64,000 nt of DNA from Hypanus sabinus (taxonomy: Eukaryota). Position 1 is the first letter of the stretch, and each line of letters opens with the position of its first letter. The translations under genes were made by a program, and so were the position numbers. This document shows, piece by piece, positions 1 through 12,315 of this stretch. Where the stretch lies: positions 7,254,001 to 7,318,000 of the forward strand of contig NC_082739.1 of the NCBI RefSeq assembly GCF_030144855.1, read 5' to 3'. A model generated the notes under the pieces. The model was not told where the DNA came from. It worked only from the letters and a program-made list of their open reading frames with translations, and searched no databases.

Positions 1-1329
1 GGTGATATAAAGAAAAGAAAAGGTTAGGCTTTATTAGTCTAATGGCCTTTTCTCTTTGATTATTTTAGTATGAAAATATTATCAAGTATAGTGAACTATT
101 CACTATGTAAAAGTATACTTCTAGCTCAAGTCTTTGAGAACTGTCCACTCATTATATTTGGTTGACTTCCTCAAGTGTTGGGTGGCACTGAAAATAATTG
201 CAATTCAGAGAAAGCTGTTCTACTGCCTCAATTTAAAGAGATTTCAATAGGTACATTTAATGTCAGTAAAATGTATACAATATACATCCTGAAATTCTTT
301 TTCTTCACAAACAGCCATGAAAACAGAGGAGTGCCCCAAAGAATGAATAACAGTTAAAAGTTAGAACCCCAATGTCCCCCCAGCTCCCCCCTCCCATGCA
401 CAAGCAGCAGCAAGGCAACGTCCCCCAACAACAAAAAACCCTTGGCACCCCAAAGACTTTGCATTTCACCCAGTATTCAACAGACCACAGGCTCTCTCTC
501 CCTAATAAGCGAAAAAGAGGTGTCCCCGTTTCACAGCGAGACGGGAGACATAACAAAACAACTCACTGATTTATGGTGTAAAATTCTATTGCATTACTTT
601 TTTCAAGCTCTGTGCCTCTGGGCACACAGCCAGTAGCAAGGTTGCTGCTTCTGACCTTCCTTGTTCTCCCATGATACATCAGTCGGCAGCACCAGCCTTG
701 AATCAGCCCATCTCCAGAGCCAGGAAAATCTGGCACCCTGAAGATGCACTAGTCTTCCAGGCCGTGACCTTGGCATATCCAAAAGCGGCCAGTCGTGAGG
801 CCCTGAGAGTGAAAACCCAAAGTCAGAGTGTAACTCCAGGTCAAGGTCTTCAAAAGAGCCTGAAGGGGGGGAAAAAAGAGATATCAAAGATAGAAGTAGA
901 GCTGTTTCCAAAGATGCAAGCAAAGGAGTTGCCATTTAGCGCCATAATCACTACATCTCTGAACATCCTTAAGCACAAAGGGCTTGGGTACTTCATTAAA
1001 ACAACCTAAGCAGTGAGTTTTGCAAGTTAGCTGTTGATGCCACTACAACTGACCCTAATCTAATATATGCCAATCAGAAGGAAAGATGAGATCTGCTGCT
1101 GCACAAACAGGGGTCACAAGTTCAATGTGTGACTAACTCAGCCCCAGCTGAAGTAAGCCAAGTCAGCACAGAGTACCAATAGAACCTGCAACATCCCTAG
1201 CCCACACTAACAAGCTCCATGCTGCCTTAGCTCAATAAGCAATACAAGTCAAGACCAGTAGGAACTGAATTAGAATTTTTGAAGGACAAAGAGTCATTTG
1301 ATTAATCAAGTATTTTCATCAACAATCAG

Positions 1330-1455
1330 GAAACAGATGGTTACTTAACTGTGAACCGGCAGCCGGCACATCAGAACGACAGAAAAAGGACATCTGTGGA
1401 GGAAAAGCAAAATAAGGAAACAAAAAAAGATGAAGATGAAACCTATGTAACAATG
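1330..1455 (+). CDS. JAML: Penultimate coding exon of a JAML-like (AMICA1) receptor, cytoplasmic tail
   Basis: AG at 1328-1329, GTAAGA at 1456, phase 0/0, open frame ETDGYLTVNRQPAHQNDRKRTSVEEKQNKETKKDEDETYVTM. As I recall it, human JAML has EKHIY...SEATYMTM|HPVW. JAML lies directly upstream of SCN2B on the same strand in mammals. The ectodomain is outside the window, so orthology is inferred. Confidence 0.7.
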
Positions 1456-2689
1456 GTAAGATGTTTAGAGGTATAATTCTGAATATAGAGGACTGCTGTA
1501 AATAGAAAACATTATACAGGTTGGCTATCTAAAATTATCCATCCAACTGTAACACTTTATTCTGAATTTGGTTACTGTTTTCCATTGGACTACCTCAGTA
1601 CACTGTTGTAATGGCCAGCACAATAAAGCTTTTTCACTGTATCTTGATACATATGACTGCAATAAACTAACCTACCAATTTGCCATTGGATGCACACATA
1701 ATGTAAAAACTTCGTAGGAGTTCCATTTCCCAAACAACCTATCATATATTTCATTCTCACTTTCCTATAAAAATACCAAAATCCTACATACTGACTTTAA
1801 CTCTTATTTGTTACAACAGTTCCCACAAACGTTCCCACATCTCATTCTCACTCAATCCGATGTATCACCTCCAGTCAAATGCCTCAAATGTTTGTGAAGA
1901 AAAAGCATTTCAGGATGTATATTGTATACATTTCTCTGTCATTAAATTGGACCTTTGAACCTTTGAACCTCTTTCTCCAAAATGCACCCCAGGACTTCTT
2001 GAAATTATTTAAGTTGTGTGATCCAAAGAGTTGGTTTGGTCATATGTTATACAATTTGGAAGTTTCCTATGTCCTATCTTTTAGTCCTCAGTTCCTCTTA
2101 GTTGTTCCCTCGCATTTGAACCAATGAAGAATTTATGCAGAGCAGCTTTGCCACTTGCCCTTATTAACTCAAAGATTCCATTGAGATTACCAAAGAAATC
2201 AAACCACTGAACCTATTCTGAAAAGCAGGAATTATCAATGGAATTTATTTGTTTACCCTCAAAATGGACCAACAATTCCCATCCCTCTTGGATGGTTCTG
2301 GAGTATCCATAGAACATAGAAGAGTACAGCACAGAAACAGGCCATTCAGCCCACAGTGTTGAGCTGAACCAGCTACTAAGCAAATCAAAAACACTTGCTT
2401 ACTAATCCCTTCTACTTACATCATGTCCATATCCCTCCATCTTCCTTATTTTCATATACCTATCCAAACATCTAATGTATTTGCCTCTAACACCATACCA
2501 GGTATCCATGATTAACAACTTTGAGAAGTACCAGATAAGCTTCACTAGGAACATTTCTGACATCATATTTTTGAATAAATACATTTTGAAGAAATATCAT
2601 TAATATACAAATAATAAAATGGTGTGAAATAATGGGGCAAGGGTAAGCTGCATCACTATACAGGTGGTTACTTAGATAAAGAATGGGAA

Positions 2690-3060
2690 GGATTGTGCAT
2701 CTCTTTATTGTCTTTTACAATTGCAAACCAAAACAAATTACCTCACAGTCACTGAGGTACCTTTTGAACAGAGTTCACTCTTGCACAGTAGAAAACTCAG
2801 CAGGCAGATTTTCACATAACAATAATGTGATCATTTGTTTTCAATGTTAGTTATGGGTTAGTGGGTGACCAGGATGCCAGGTTTCTGTGTTTCTTTAAAA
2901 TCATACCATGGAATTCTTAATAACTACCTGGGAAGGCAAAAGTTCAACACCTCAACCAGAAGATGGCACTCCCACGGTGCTGAATTGGAGAGGCAGTCTG
3001 AATTTTCAGTTTTCCCAAAAGTAGAACTCGAATCCTCAGACGTCTGAGAAGAGAAAGACA
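2690..3060 (-). mobile_element. Deu-domain SINE (SacSINE1/DeuSINE-like), diverged
   Basis: The minus strand shows a tRNA-like head remnant (GGATTCGAGTTC) and blocks resembling my recollection of the Deu core and 3' tail. A second fragment lies at about 18770-18960 (+). Confidence 0.5.
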
Positions 3061-3964
3061 ATGATTTGATGTGACACCAGTCCAGTTACAGCAACTTTAT
3101 TGCATTAAAATAAAGGCAACTATTCTCTTATAACTGCTTACTCGGTAGATTACAACACGTTTTACCATCTCATATTAGACAGAAGCTCAGAGGCAGTGGA
3201 TTCATTACACCAGTTAATTCCCTTTAACCAGCTCTGATTTATCATCACTTGGTTCAGCTCACTTCTGTATTCATGTTTTATAACTCTACCTTTGAAAAAG
3301 GATCTAGTGCTTTCCTGGCGTATATGATGAATAAACTCTTCTCCGGCATCCAACCAGGTACATGTATTGAATTTACCATTATTGAAACATCAGTTAAAAT
3401 TGATATCTGTACCCAGCTGGAAGCCTAGGAAGAGTTTATTTGTCAGTTATACCTTATACTGTTTATGGGTGCATTATATATGAATTTGTACATTATTACA
3501 AAAGATTCCAGAAGTCGTGTGGTCGTCACTTAAATACTAGAGTCCACGCAGGGATAACAAAGTGACAGTCTTGGAATATTCCTTAACACAAGTGGTCGCC
3601 ACATAACACACCCGAATCCATGTATAGGTTAACAAAGAGTGGTCACTACAGAATACTCCAGAAATCCAAGTATGTATCATACAAAGTGACAGTCATGTAT
3701 CCAATATACATCGTGTGCCGCAAATTATCACAATCTTTCGACCCGGAGAAATATTGGGACTGCCCACTGCTGTAGTGAACTCTTCAACTCACTCAACTCA
3801 ATTCACTCCCTCCTGGTAGCTCACGGTCCATTGAATCTATTTAACTGATGAATTTTTCCAGAAACTTCTCAAATCGAATAGAAAGAACCTCCACACATTT
3901 GATATGACATCATCCATGCGCCTAAATGACGCTTACGGTTAATAAAAAACAACTTTGGCATGTA

Positions 3965-6900
3965 ATAACATACAACATAAAAACAAATGGTCCCAACACC
4001 AACTCCTGTGGAACACCACTATTCTCCAGCAGCTAATCATAAAAGGCTCCCTTTATTCCTACTCTTTGCTTCCTGCCAATCTTCTGTCCATGCTAGTACC
4101 TTTCTTGTAATATGACGGGCTCTTATCCTGTTAAACAGCCTCATGTGCAGTAACTTGTCAAAGACCTTGTGAAAATCCAAGTACACAACATCCATTGCTT
4201 TCCCTTTGTGTATACTGCTTGTTATTTCCTCAAAGCAGTCCAACAGATTTGTCAGGCAAGATATTCCCCTATGGAAACCATGCTGAGTTTGGCCTATTAT
4301 ATGCTTCCAAGTACCCTGAAACCTCATCCTTGACAATCAGTTCCAACATCTTCCCAATCACTTGAGGTCAGGCAACTAGCCTATAATTTTGCTTCTTCTG
4401 CCCCTCTCCCTCCTTGTAGTGACATTTGCAATTTTCCACTTTTCCAGAACCATTCCAGAATCTAGTGATTCTTGAAAGATCATTAGTAATGCCTCCACAA
4501 TTTCTTCAACTACCTCTTTCAGAACCTTGGGGTGTAATTCATCTGGTCCAGGTGACTTGTCTACCTTCAGGCTTTTCAGTGTCTCAAACATTTTCTCCCT
4601 ATTAATAGCAACCGCATTCACTTCTGCCTCCTGACTCTCTTGAACTTCCAGCATCCTGCTAATGACTTGCATGGTGTAGATTGATTGCATGTGTGGCGCA
4701 TGGCCAGATGGTTAAGGTGTCGGTCTAGTGATCTGAAGGTCTCTAGTTCGAGCCTCAGTTGAGGCAGCATGTTCTGTCCTTGAGCAAGGCACTTAACCAC
4801 ACATTGCACTGCGACAACACTGGTGCCAAGCTGTATGGGTCCTAATGCCCATAGTGGAGTGGGGAGGGGAGACTTGCAGCATGGGCAACTGCCGGTCTTC
4901 TATACAACCTTGCCCCGGCCTCAGTCATCATCGAAACTCGATGGACAGCCAAAGAGAGAGAGAGAGATTGATGCAAAATACTTACTCAATTTGTTCGCCA
5001 TTACTACCTCTCTAGCATCACTTCTCAGCAGTCCAAAATCTACTTTTGACTCTCTTTTACTCTTTATATATTTGAAAAAAACTTTTGGTATCTTGCTTGA
5101 TAATGTTGGCTAGCTTTCATTCATATTTAATCTTTCCCCAATTATGCCTTTTTAAGTATCTTTTGTTGGCTTTTAAAAGTTTCCCAATCCTCTAACTTAT
5201 CACTATTTTTTGTTGCTCTGTTATGTGCCTTATCTTTTGCTTTTATGTTGGCTTTGACTTCCCTTGTCAACCATGGTTGTGTCATCCTGCCTTTAGAATA
5301 CTACCACTTTGAGATGTACCTATCCTGTGCCTTCTGAATTGTTTCCAGAAACTTCTGCCATTGCTGCTCCGGTGTCATCCCAGCTAGTCTCCCCTTCCAA
5401 TCAACTTTGGCCAGTTCCTTTGTCATGCCTCTGTAATTCTCTTTGCTCCACTGTAATATTGATACATCAGACTTTAGCTTCTTCCTCTCAAACTGTAGGG
5501 TGAATTTGATCACTGCCTCCTAAAGGTTCATTTACCTTAAGCTCACTAATGAAGTTCAGTTCATTACATGATACCCAATCCAGAATCACTGATCTCCTCG
5601 TGGGCTCAACCACAAGCTGCTCTAAAAAGCCATCTCGTAGGGGTTCCAGAAATGTGATCCAGCACCCACCTGTTTTCCCAATTTATCTGCATATTGAAAT
5701 TCCCATGATTATCGTAACATTGTCCTTTTGACATGCCTTTTCAATCTCCCTTTGTAATTATTTAGCCCACAGCCAGGCTACTTTTCGGAGCTCGGTATAT
5801 AACTCCCATCAGGGTCTTTTTACCTTTGCAGTTTCTTAACTCTACCAACAAGGATTCTGCATCTTCCACTCTGATGTCATCTGCTTCTAAGGATTTGATT
5901 TCATCTTTTTACCAACAGAGCCACACCACCCCCTCTGTCCACCTGCCTGTCCATTTGATACAGTGTGTATCTTTGGACGTTAAGCTCCCAAATATAAACT
6001 TCTTTCAGCCATGACTTAGTGATGCTCACATCATACCTGCCAATCTCTGAGTTTCAACATCATCTTCCTTGTACCTGCATGCATTCAAATATAACTTCTT
6101 CAGTACTTTACCTTTTCAATTTTGTCTCCCTTTTACATGGCAACTCATCCCACTGACTGCAATTTTGCCCTATCATCTGCCTGTCCGTCCTGACAGTCTC
6201 GCTACACGCTGCCTCTGCTACTAAACCAACAGCCCTATCCTCAGCCCCATTGCTTTGGTTCCCAACCCTCCTGCCAAATTATTTTAAACACTCCTCAACA
6301 GCTTAGCAAACCTGCCTGCAAGGGTATTGGCCCCCCTTGGGTTCGGTGTAACCTGACCCTTTTGTACAGGTTATGCCTTTCCCCCTCCCCACCCCCCATG
6401 ATCAGAAATCTGAAACCCTGCCCGCTGCAACAGTTTCTCAGCCACACATTCATCTGTGAATATCTTATGCTTATCCTCATTGACAAATGGCACAGCAGCC
6501 CTGAAGATCGTGCTTTTCAGCTTTCTACTTAGCTCGCTAAATTCTCTCTTCAGGACCTCCTCACTCTTCCTACCTATGTAATTGGTGCCAATATTTACCA
6601 AGACTTCTGACTGCTCACAATCCCCACTTTAGAATGCTGTGGACCTGATCCCAGTATTCCTGACCCTGGCACCCACCTGCGAGGCAACATACCATCGGGA
6701 TATCTGTATCTCATGTCGTCTACTGTAGCTGTGGAATCCCCTACCACTACTGCAGTCCTCTTCTCCATCTTTCCCTTCTGAGTTACAGTACCAGACAGTC
6801 CAGAGACCTGGTGGCTGCAGCTCCCACCTGGTAGGTCTTCCAACAGTATCCAAAACGGTATTCTTTTCATTGTGGGAAACAGCCTCGGGGGTATTCTGTA

Positions 6901-7450
6901 CTGACTACCCAGTTCCCTTCCCTCTCCTGGCAGTCACCTATTTTCCAGCCACAGCCGACAGTTCCCTGTAGCTCCTATCATCTCAGTTTCCCATACGAGC
7001 TGCAGATCTAATTCCCTGACATGTTCTCTAAGGAGCTGCAGCTCCATGCTCCCAGTGCAGATGTAGCTATCCAGGAGGCGGGAAGTCACACAAAGAACAC
7101 AACACAATGTCTAGAGTCATCCTCACTGCATCAACTATGCACTAAGCAACGAAGAATGAAGAAGAAAATTACCAGATATTAACCTTGCCAAACCTGTTCC
7201 TGCCAAAGCCTTCCCACTCCTTAACTCACACAATGACCATTTCACTTAGTTTTATTTGCCCTTGCTAATGAGTTGTGATTATGTCACCGAAAAAGCCGAA
7301 ATCCCACGAAAATGCCTTCTTTTAAATCTCCTTGACTTGCATGAGACCTGCACAAATTCAGCTGTGACTGTCAAAAGCTCCTTTTTTAAAATCTCATGCT
7401 TCCTGACCTTCATGAGGCTTCCTGCACCAATTCGACTGTACCGTGAAAAA
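3965..7450 (-). mobile_element. CR1 LINE retaining its 5' part (ORF1 esterase-like, endonuclease, RT), 3'-truncated and decayed
   Basis: Minus-strand fragments AVVVGDS (ORF1 SGNH-like), KSPGPDELHPKVLKEV, QHGFHRGISCLTNLL, DVVYLDF. Many stops and frameshifts. Interrupted by the SINE at 4691-4963. Confidence 0.9.
4691..4963 (+). mobile_element. tRNA-derived SINE nested in CR1
   Basis: A box TGGCCAGATGG, B box GTTCGAGCC, (GA)n tail; near-duplicate AGATTGAT(T)GCA on both flanks. Confidence 0.75.
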
Positions 7451-7579
7451 TAAAGGACGGGGGTGGGTAGGTTGACGTGTGTGTGTGGGGAAGGGGGCGG
7501 GGGAAGACATCATTGGAACAGAGAAAAGGTTGAAGATGACAGTGTGCTTTGAAGAATGTTAAGGTACACACTAGGTCTT

Positions 7580-7965
7580 TATTTGGAGTGTAGAAGGTTG
7601 AGGAGGGACTTAATAGAGGTATTTAAAATTATGAGGGGGATAGAGTTGACATGAATAGGCTTTTTCTATTGAGAGTAGGGGAGATTCAAACAAGAGGACA
7701 TGAGTTGAGAGTTAGGGGGCAAAAGTTTAAGGGTAACATGAGGGGGAATTTCTTTACTCAGAAAGTGGAGGCTGTGTGGAACGAGATTCCAGTAGAAGTG
7801 GTAGAGGCAGGTTCGGTATTGTCATTTAAAGTAAAATTGGATAGGTATATGGACAGGAAAGGAATGGAGTGCGGGCCAGTGGGACTAGGTTGAGAGTAAG
7901 CATTTGGCATGGACTAGGAGGGCCGAGATGGCCTGTTTCCATGCTGTAATTGTTATATGGTTATA
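7580..7965 (+). mobile_element. CR1 3' fragment
   Basis: TRGHELRVRG...RGNFFTQKV...WN C-terminal motif and short-repeat tail. Confidence 0.85.
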
Positions 7966-8649
7966 AGTTACTTACTCCTCGCATGTTGTCATCAGAGGTA
8001 AGACTGCCATTTAGTTCCATCTCTAACTGTCCTAATCTGAGAGACCTGCTCAGCCATTCAGAGGGAAGTTAAGAACCAGACCAGGTAAAAATGATAGATT
8101 TTCTTTTCTGAAGGAAATTAGTGAATAAGATGGCAGTCTGGTAGTTTCATGGACACCATAATCTATATTCAAACCAAAGTGTCCAGCAATAATCCAAGAA
8201 AATAGTTTTGGAAAATATTTCAGTCATTCAGCCACCATACTCATGCTCTTTAGCACATACACTTCCTTCATCTAATCACATGAGCCCTAAGAATTTCTCA
8301 CTTTTCCTGCAGTTTATTGTGATTTAGCCATTTGTTTGTGGCAACTAGATTTGGAATTCAATTTACAAGGGTATAGTGTAGTGAAGGTCAAATGTGAGAT
8401 GCTCAGAGGGCCATCGCTTTATTCATGGTTCAAAGTGCATGTGACATTAAAGTTGTGCAGCAGCTGACTTAATTCCACAATTTAACCAGTTTCTTACACA
8501 AAGTAACAGGGAATTTATTCATAATAAATGATATGGAAGCTTATGATTATTTATTGTAATTAACACAACGCAAAGATCAGAAATGTTGATTTAGTTCTAT
8601 TGTCATTGGCCTTAACCCATTTCTAATGCTGTCTTTCCTTTGTCTTTAG

Positions 8650-8685
8650 CATGCATTCTCAGGAACCAGGAAAACAAGTGACTAG
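8650..8685 (+). CDS. JAML: Terminal coding exon of the JAML-like gene (HAFSGTRKTSD*)
   Basis: CTAAT branch-like motif, long pyrimidine tract and TAG (AG 8648-8649). Phase 0 joins TYVTM to H, as in human TYMTM|H. Stop TAG at 8683-8685. Confidence 0.6.
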   Translation, partial: HAFSGTRKTSD

Positions 8686-9019
8686 TCTCCTAACCCAGTC
8701 AAACAACAATGATACAGCAAGAATATACCCAACAAGTCTAGGGTTCTCCTCTGATGTCTTTCCTTTTAAAACTTTAAGGTACTTATCACTCACGATTTTA
8801 GTAACACAGGAAACCTATCAACAATTCTTCAAAAACACTTTTGCTAGAAATAGCTTGACACACTTACTGTATTTCTTGCCACGCTGAATCAAGCTTACTC
8901 GGCTTCATTGCCTGCAGAAGAAAAACACTTCTGGGTCTAATTTTTACAAACTTCAACCATGGTGCCTTCTTAAAAACTGTCAAAAATTAGTTCTTTGATT
9001 GCATACAGTAAATATACGT

Positions 9020-9660
9020 AAGTGATTCTGCAGATGCTGTAAATCCAGAGTTACACACACAAGATGCTGGAGGAACTCAGTAGGTCAAGCAACATGGAAA
9101 TGAACGAAGAGTCAATGTTTTGGGCTGAGACTCTTCAGCTGGACTGAAAAGGAAGGGGAAAGATGCCCGAATAAGAAATTGGGAGGAGAGGAAGGAGTAC
9201 ATGCCAGAACATGGTAGGTGAAGCCAGCTGAGAGGGCTGAGAGGAAGAATGAAACAAGAAGCTGGGTGGGTATGGATGCAAAAAGTAAAGAGCTGAAGAA
9301 GGAGGAATCTGATAGGAGAGGAGAGTGGACTGTGGGAGAAAGGGAAGGAGGAGGGGCACCAGGGCAAGGTGATAGGCAGGTAAGAAGAGGTATTGAAGTG
9401 GAGAATTGAAGAAGATGGAAGGGGAGGGCAAAGTTATTGGAAGCTGGAGAAATCAATTTTCATGCCATCAAGTTGGAGGCTACACAAATGGAATATAAGG
9501 TGTTGCTCCTCCAACCTGAGAGTGGCTTCATCGTGTCAAAAGAGGAGGCAGCCATGGAACAACATGTTGAAATAGGAATGGGGATAGGAATTAAAATGGG
9601 GCACTGGAGGGAAGGAGGAGGGAGGTTATTGTATAGAAGTTGGGGGAAGAGGACGCGCTG
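9020..9660 (-). mobile_element. Penelope-like element 3' fragment (GIY-YIG C-terminus, pyrimidine-rich region, degenerate hammerhead, terminal repeat)
   Basis: The minus strand encodes HDEATLRLEEQHLIFHLCSLQLDGMKIDFSSF, typical of a PLE endonuclease end, and has the same terminal block as the other copies. Confidence 0.75.
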
Positions 9661-9957
9661 GCTTAAACTTGTGTGTGTTTCAATAACAGTTTTTAATCCA
9701 CTTTCTATTCAATCAGACAGTCAAACAAACAAAAATTGTCTTGCTGGCACTCATGAGAATTTTAAACTAGAATGCAGTTTTTCACTGTTATGTCAATTTG
9801 TGTGGATTGTGAGTACCTGTACAGACTTCAAAGAGGAAGTTATGTCAGAGCTGCATTACAGCCTTTTGACTTTAGATTTCTCCCCTAACAGAAGGAAAAA
9901 CTTCCTTTTACGTGACGTGCTCTTTAACCTTGGGTCAATTCATGTGTTTTATGATCA

Positions 9958-9963
9958 AATAAA
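9958..9963 (+). terminator. Candidate poly(A) signal of the JAML-like gene
   Basis: AATAAA followed by a U/GU-rich stretch (ttgcttgtattgt), about 1.27 kb after the stop. Confidence 0.35.
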
Positions 9964-10003
9964 TATATTTGAATTGCTTGTATTGTAGACTTTCTGTACA
10001 CAG

Positions 10004-10843
10004 TGTTACGTATTCAGGCAACAATAAATATATGAGTTTGGCAAGGGTTTCTTATAACAAACAACACGTTTATTAAACACAGAAAACAAACCCCCCAAAA
10101 GTAAACAAACACTACCGTAACCGAAAACAGCTGCTGAGCGGTAGCCCAAACAGTTCGTAAAGTGATATTCCAAAAACAGTTCTTTAAAGTGGTATTGCCA
10201 AAAGTTCGATATGCTCACAGTCCATTTAAAAGGACAGACTTTATAGGACGATTTAGGTTCTCTTTCACGTCGCTTGCTTCGATCCCCGACATCGAACTTC
10301 CCACGAAGAATTCACGAAACAGAACGGCTTAAAGGCACTGACCTTTCCTTCTCCACTACCTTCAATCCTTTCTAGTTAAACCTAGGGATTAACACGAAGA
10401 TAGTCAACGAAATCCTTCCAAATAAGGATCAAACAAAGGTCGCCCCCGTTTCACCGTAGAAAGCGATTCTCCTCGATCTTTAACTTCCAACTTCGAATCT
10501 TCACTCTCCACTAATTTCGAACTAACAGAATCATAAAGAACCTGCTGGCAATGACCTCTTAAACTTTAGGCATTAAATAAAAACTTCATCCTTCAGCTAA
10601 ACTGCGTCATCACTTCAAACATGCAGTGGCATGAAGTCAACCTGGCAAATCCAGCCACGAACTGCCCCTCCTCACAGGGTGGGGTCTACCTTGTATAACC
10701 CGTAAAAAAAAACCGTCACATGATCTCTACTGGCGGGAAAATGACGTCACCACCATCACAAGACCATCACCTCAAGTCCAGTACAGCTTCAACCCCAGTC
10801 ACATGACAAGGGCTCCACTGTCATGTGTCACGAGTACGTAACA
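10004..10843 (-). mobile_element. Solo LTR (840 bp, Gypsy-type)
   Basis: Inverted termini TGTTACGTA...TACGTAACA; 4-bp TSD ACAG (10000-10003 and 10844-10847); minus-strand AATAAA at 10069-10074. Orientation is inferred from that signal. Confidence 0.9.
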
Positions 10844-12315
10844 ACAGCAAGCTCCTGTAATGAGAAGAAATAGTCTATACCTTACTGTTGCTTGTTCCAC
10901 GATAGGTATTGGCAAGGACACAATAGCAAAACATTTATTATGCTTTAATCCTATCAAATTTCTTCACAAGAATGTTAACTAATGAAATAAAGATGGAGGG
11001 CTATGTAGGAGGGAAAGATGGTTTGATCTTGGAGTAAGTTAGAAGGCTGATTAGAAGTAGGAAGAATTGGATGCCAAAGGGCCTGTGCTGTGTTGTATTG
11101 CTCTATGCTCTATTTTCTATCAAGTTCCACTGGGACAGATGGCTAAAAGCTTGGTCAAAGAGATAAAACATGTCTTAACTGAGGAGAGAGTGGTAGGCAG
11201 ATTGCAGGTTTTGGAAATTCCAGAGAATTGCAGCAGATTGAATTGTGATTGATAAAGTGGATGAAATTGGATGAGTGAAATTATTAAGGAGCATTTGGAG
11301 CAATTATTATGGGAGCTGGTGCAGATGCATAAAGAAAAATTAGAGAGTGACAGGGCCACTGAAGGATTTGAAAACAAGTTAAATATTAAAAATAACACCT
11401 TCCTTAACCATAAGCCAATGTCAGTCAGCATGCAAGGGTCTACGTGAAAGGGAATAGATGAGGCCACAGGACCATAACCCTATTTCCCTGCAATTAACGC
11501 CACAAGATCACTTATACATACCTAAAGGTGTAGAAAGTGTGCCCTAGATTATAATTGGATTTGCAGGTATAGCACTTCCTCAGAGTGGCAGTAGATGTGT
11601 GTGCGTCCACATGTCTAAAATGGCATGAATACACAACCTCTTGATTGAGGATGCTCTCCACAAGGCCTTTAATAACATTTCCCAGTAGCCTCCCCCCCCT
11701 CAAAAGATCAGATGTAGCACCACTACTCTCAATTACATTGGTGCTGTTGCAGTCAGATTCCTAATTTAACAAAGTCAATGTAAACCTGCCATCAGAATTT
11801 TATTTTACAAATAATGGCAGAAGTGAGAGTAGAGGTGTACAGAGAAGAATAAGATTGTACTTATAGAAAAGGAAATGATTCTGCAAAAATAAAATAGCAG
11901 AAGTCATAGCTGACAAGTCATCATATATACCTGACTGGTGACTGGATCATGTTGGGGCACTATTCAATATTAAGTGTGTAAATTGTTTTGTGAAAGAGGA
12001 CATTAGTGATTTTATTGATCTTATTAATAGTGAATGTAATCTAGATGCATTAGGTTTAACCTTGATTTCATCTGATCCATTATTAATGATAATTGAATCC
12101 ATTATGAGTCAATGTGATGACCATCAAATAAAGGAACCAAGTCAGGCAGCATCTGTAGAAAGAAAAACAGACAGTGTGTCAGTCTGCGACCCTTCATCAG
12201 AACTGGGAAAGAGAGAGATGTGAGTAGGTTTTCAGTAGGAAGGAAGGTAAAACAGGAGTCTGTGATAGGAAGAGTCAAGATGGGACAGTGTTCAGCACAT
12301 TAAGCCACTGGGCCT

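Noticed and set aside
360-955. ORFs 603-935 (-) and 671-1009 (+)
   Set aside because: No recognisable domain or splice context; the region looks like an unclassified interspersed repeat.
1-1112. Further upstream JAML exons (1-22 with donor at 23; 315 onward; 1078-1112)
   Set aside because: 1-22 plus 1078-1112 is phase-compatible, but the splice sites are weak and there is no recognisable homology. The acceptor at 314 gives an early stop or a phase mismatch. Unresolved without RNA data.
4691-4770. tRNA gene
   Set aside because: A and B boxes are present, but no complete cloverleaf is evident and it continues into a SINE body with a tail and TSD.
9077-9988. Overlapping Pro/Ser/Leu-rich and Glu/Gly-rich ORFs (also at 17536-17905, 26720-27451, 50238-50597)
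   Set aside because: By-products of purine/pyrimidine-biased Penelope-like sequence, not genes.
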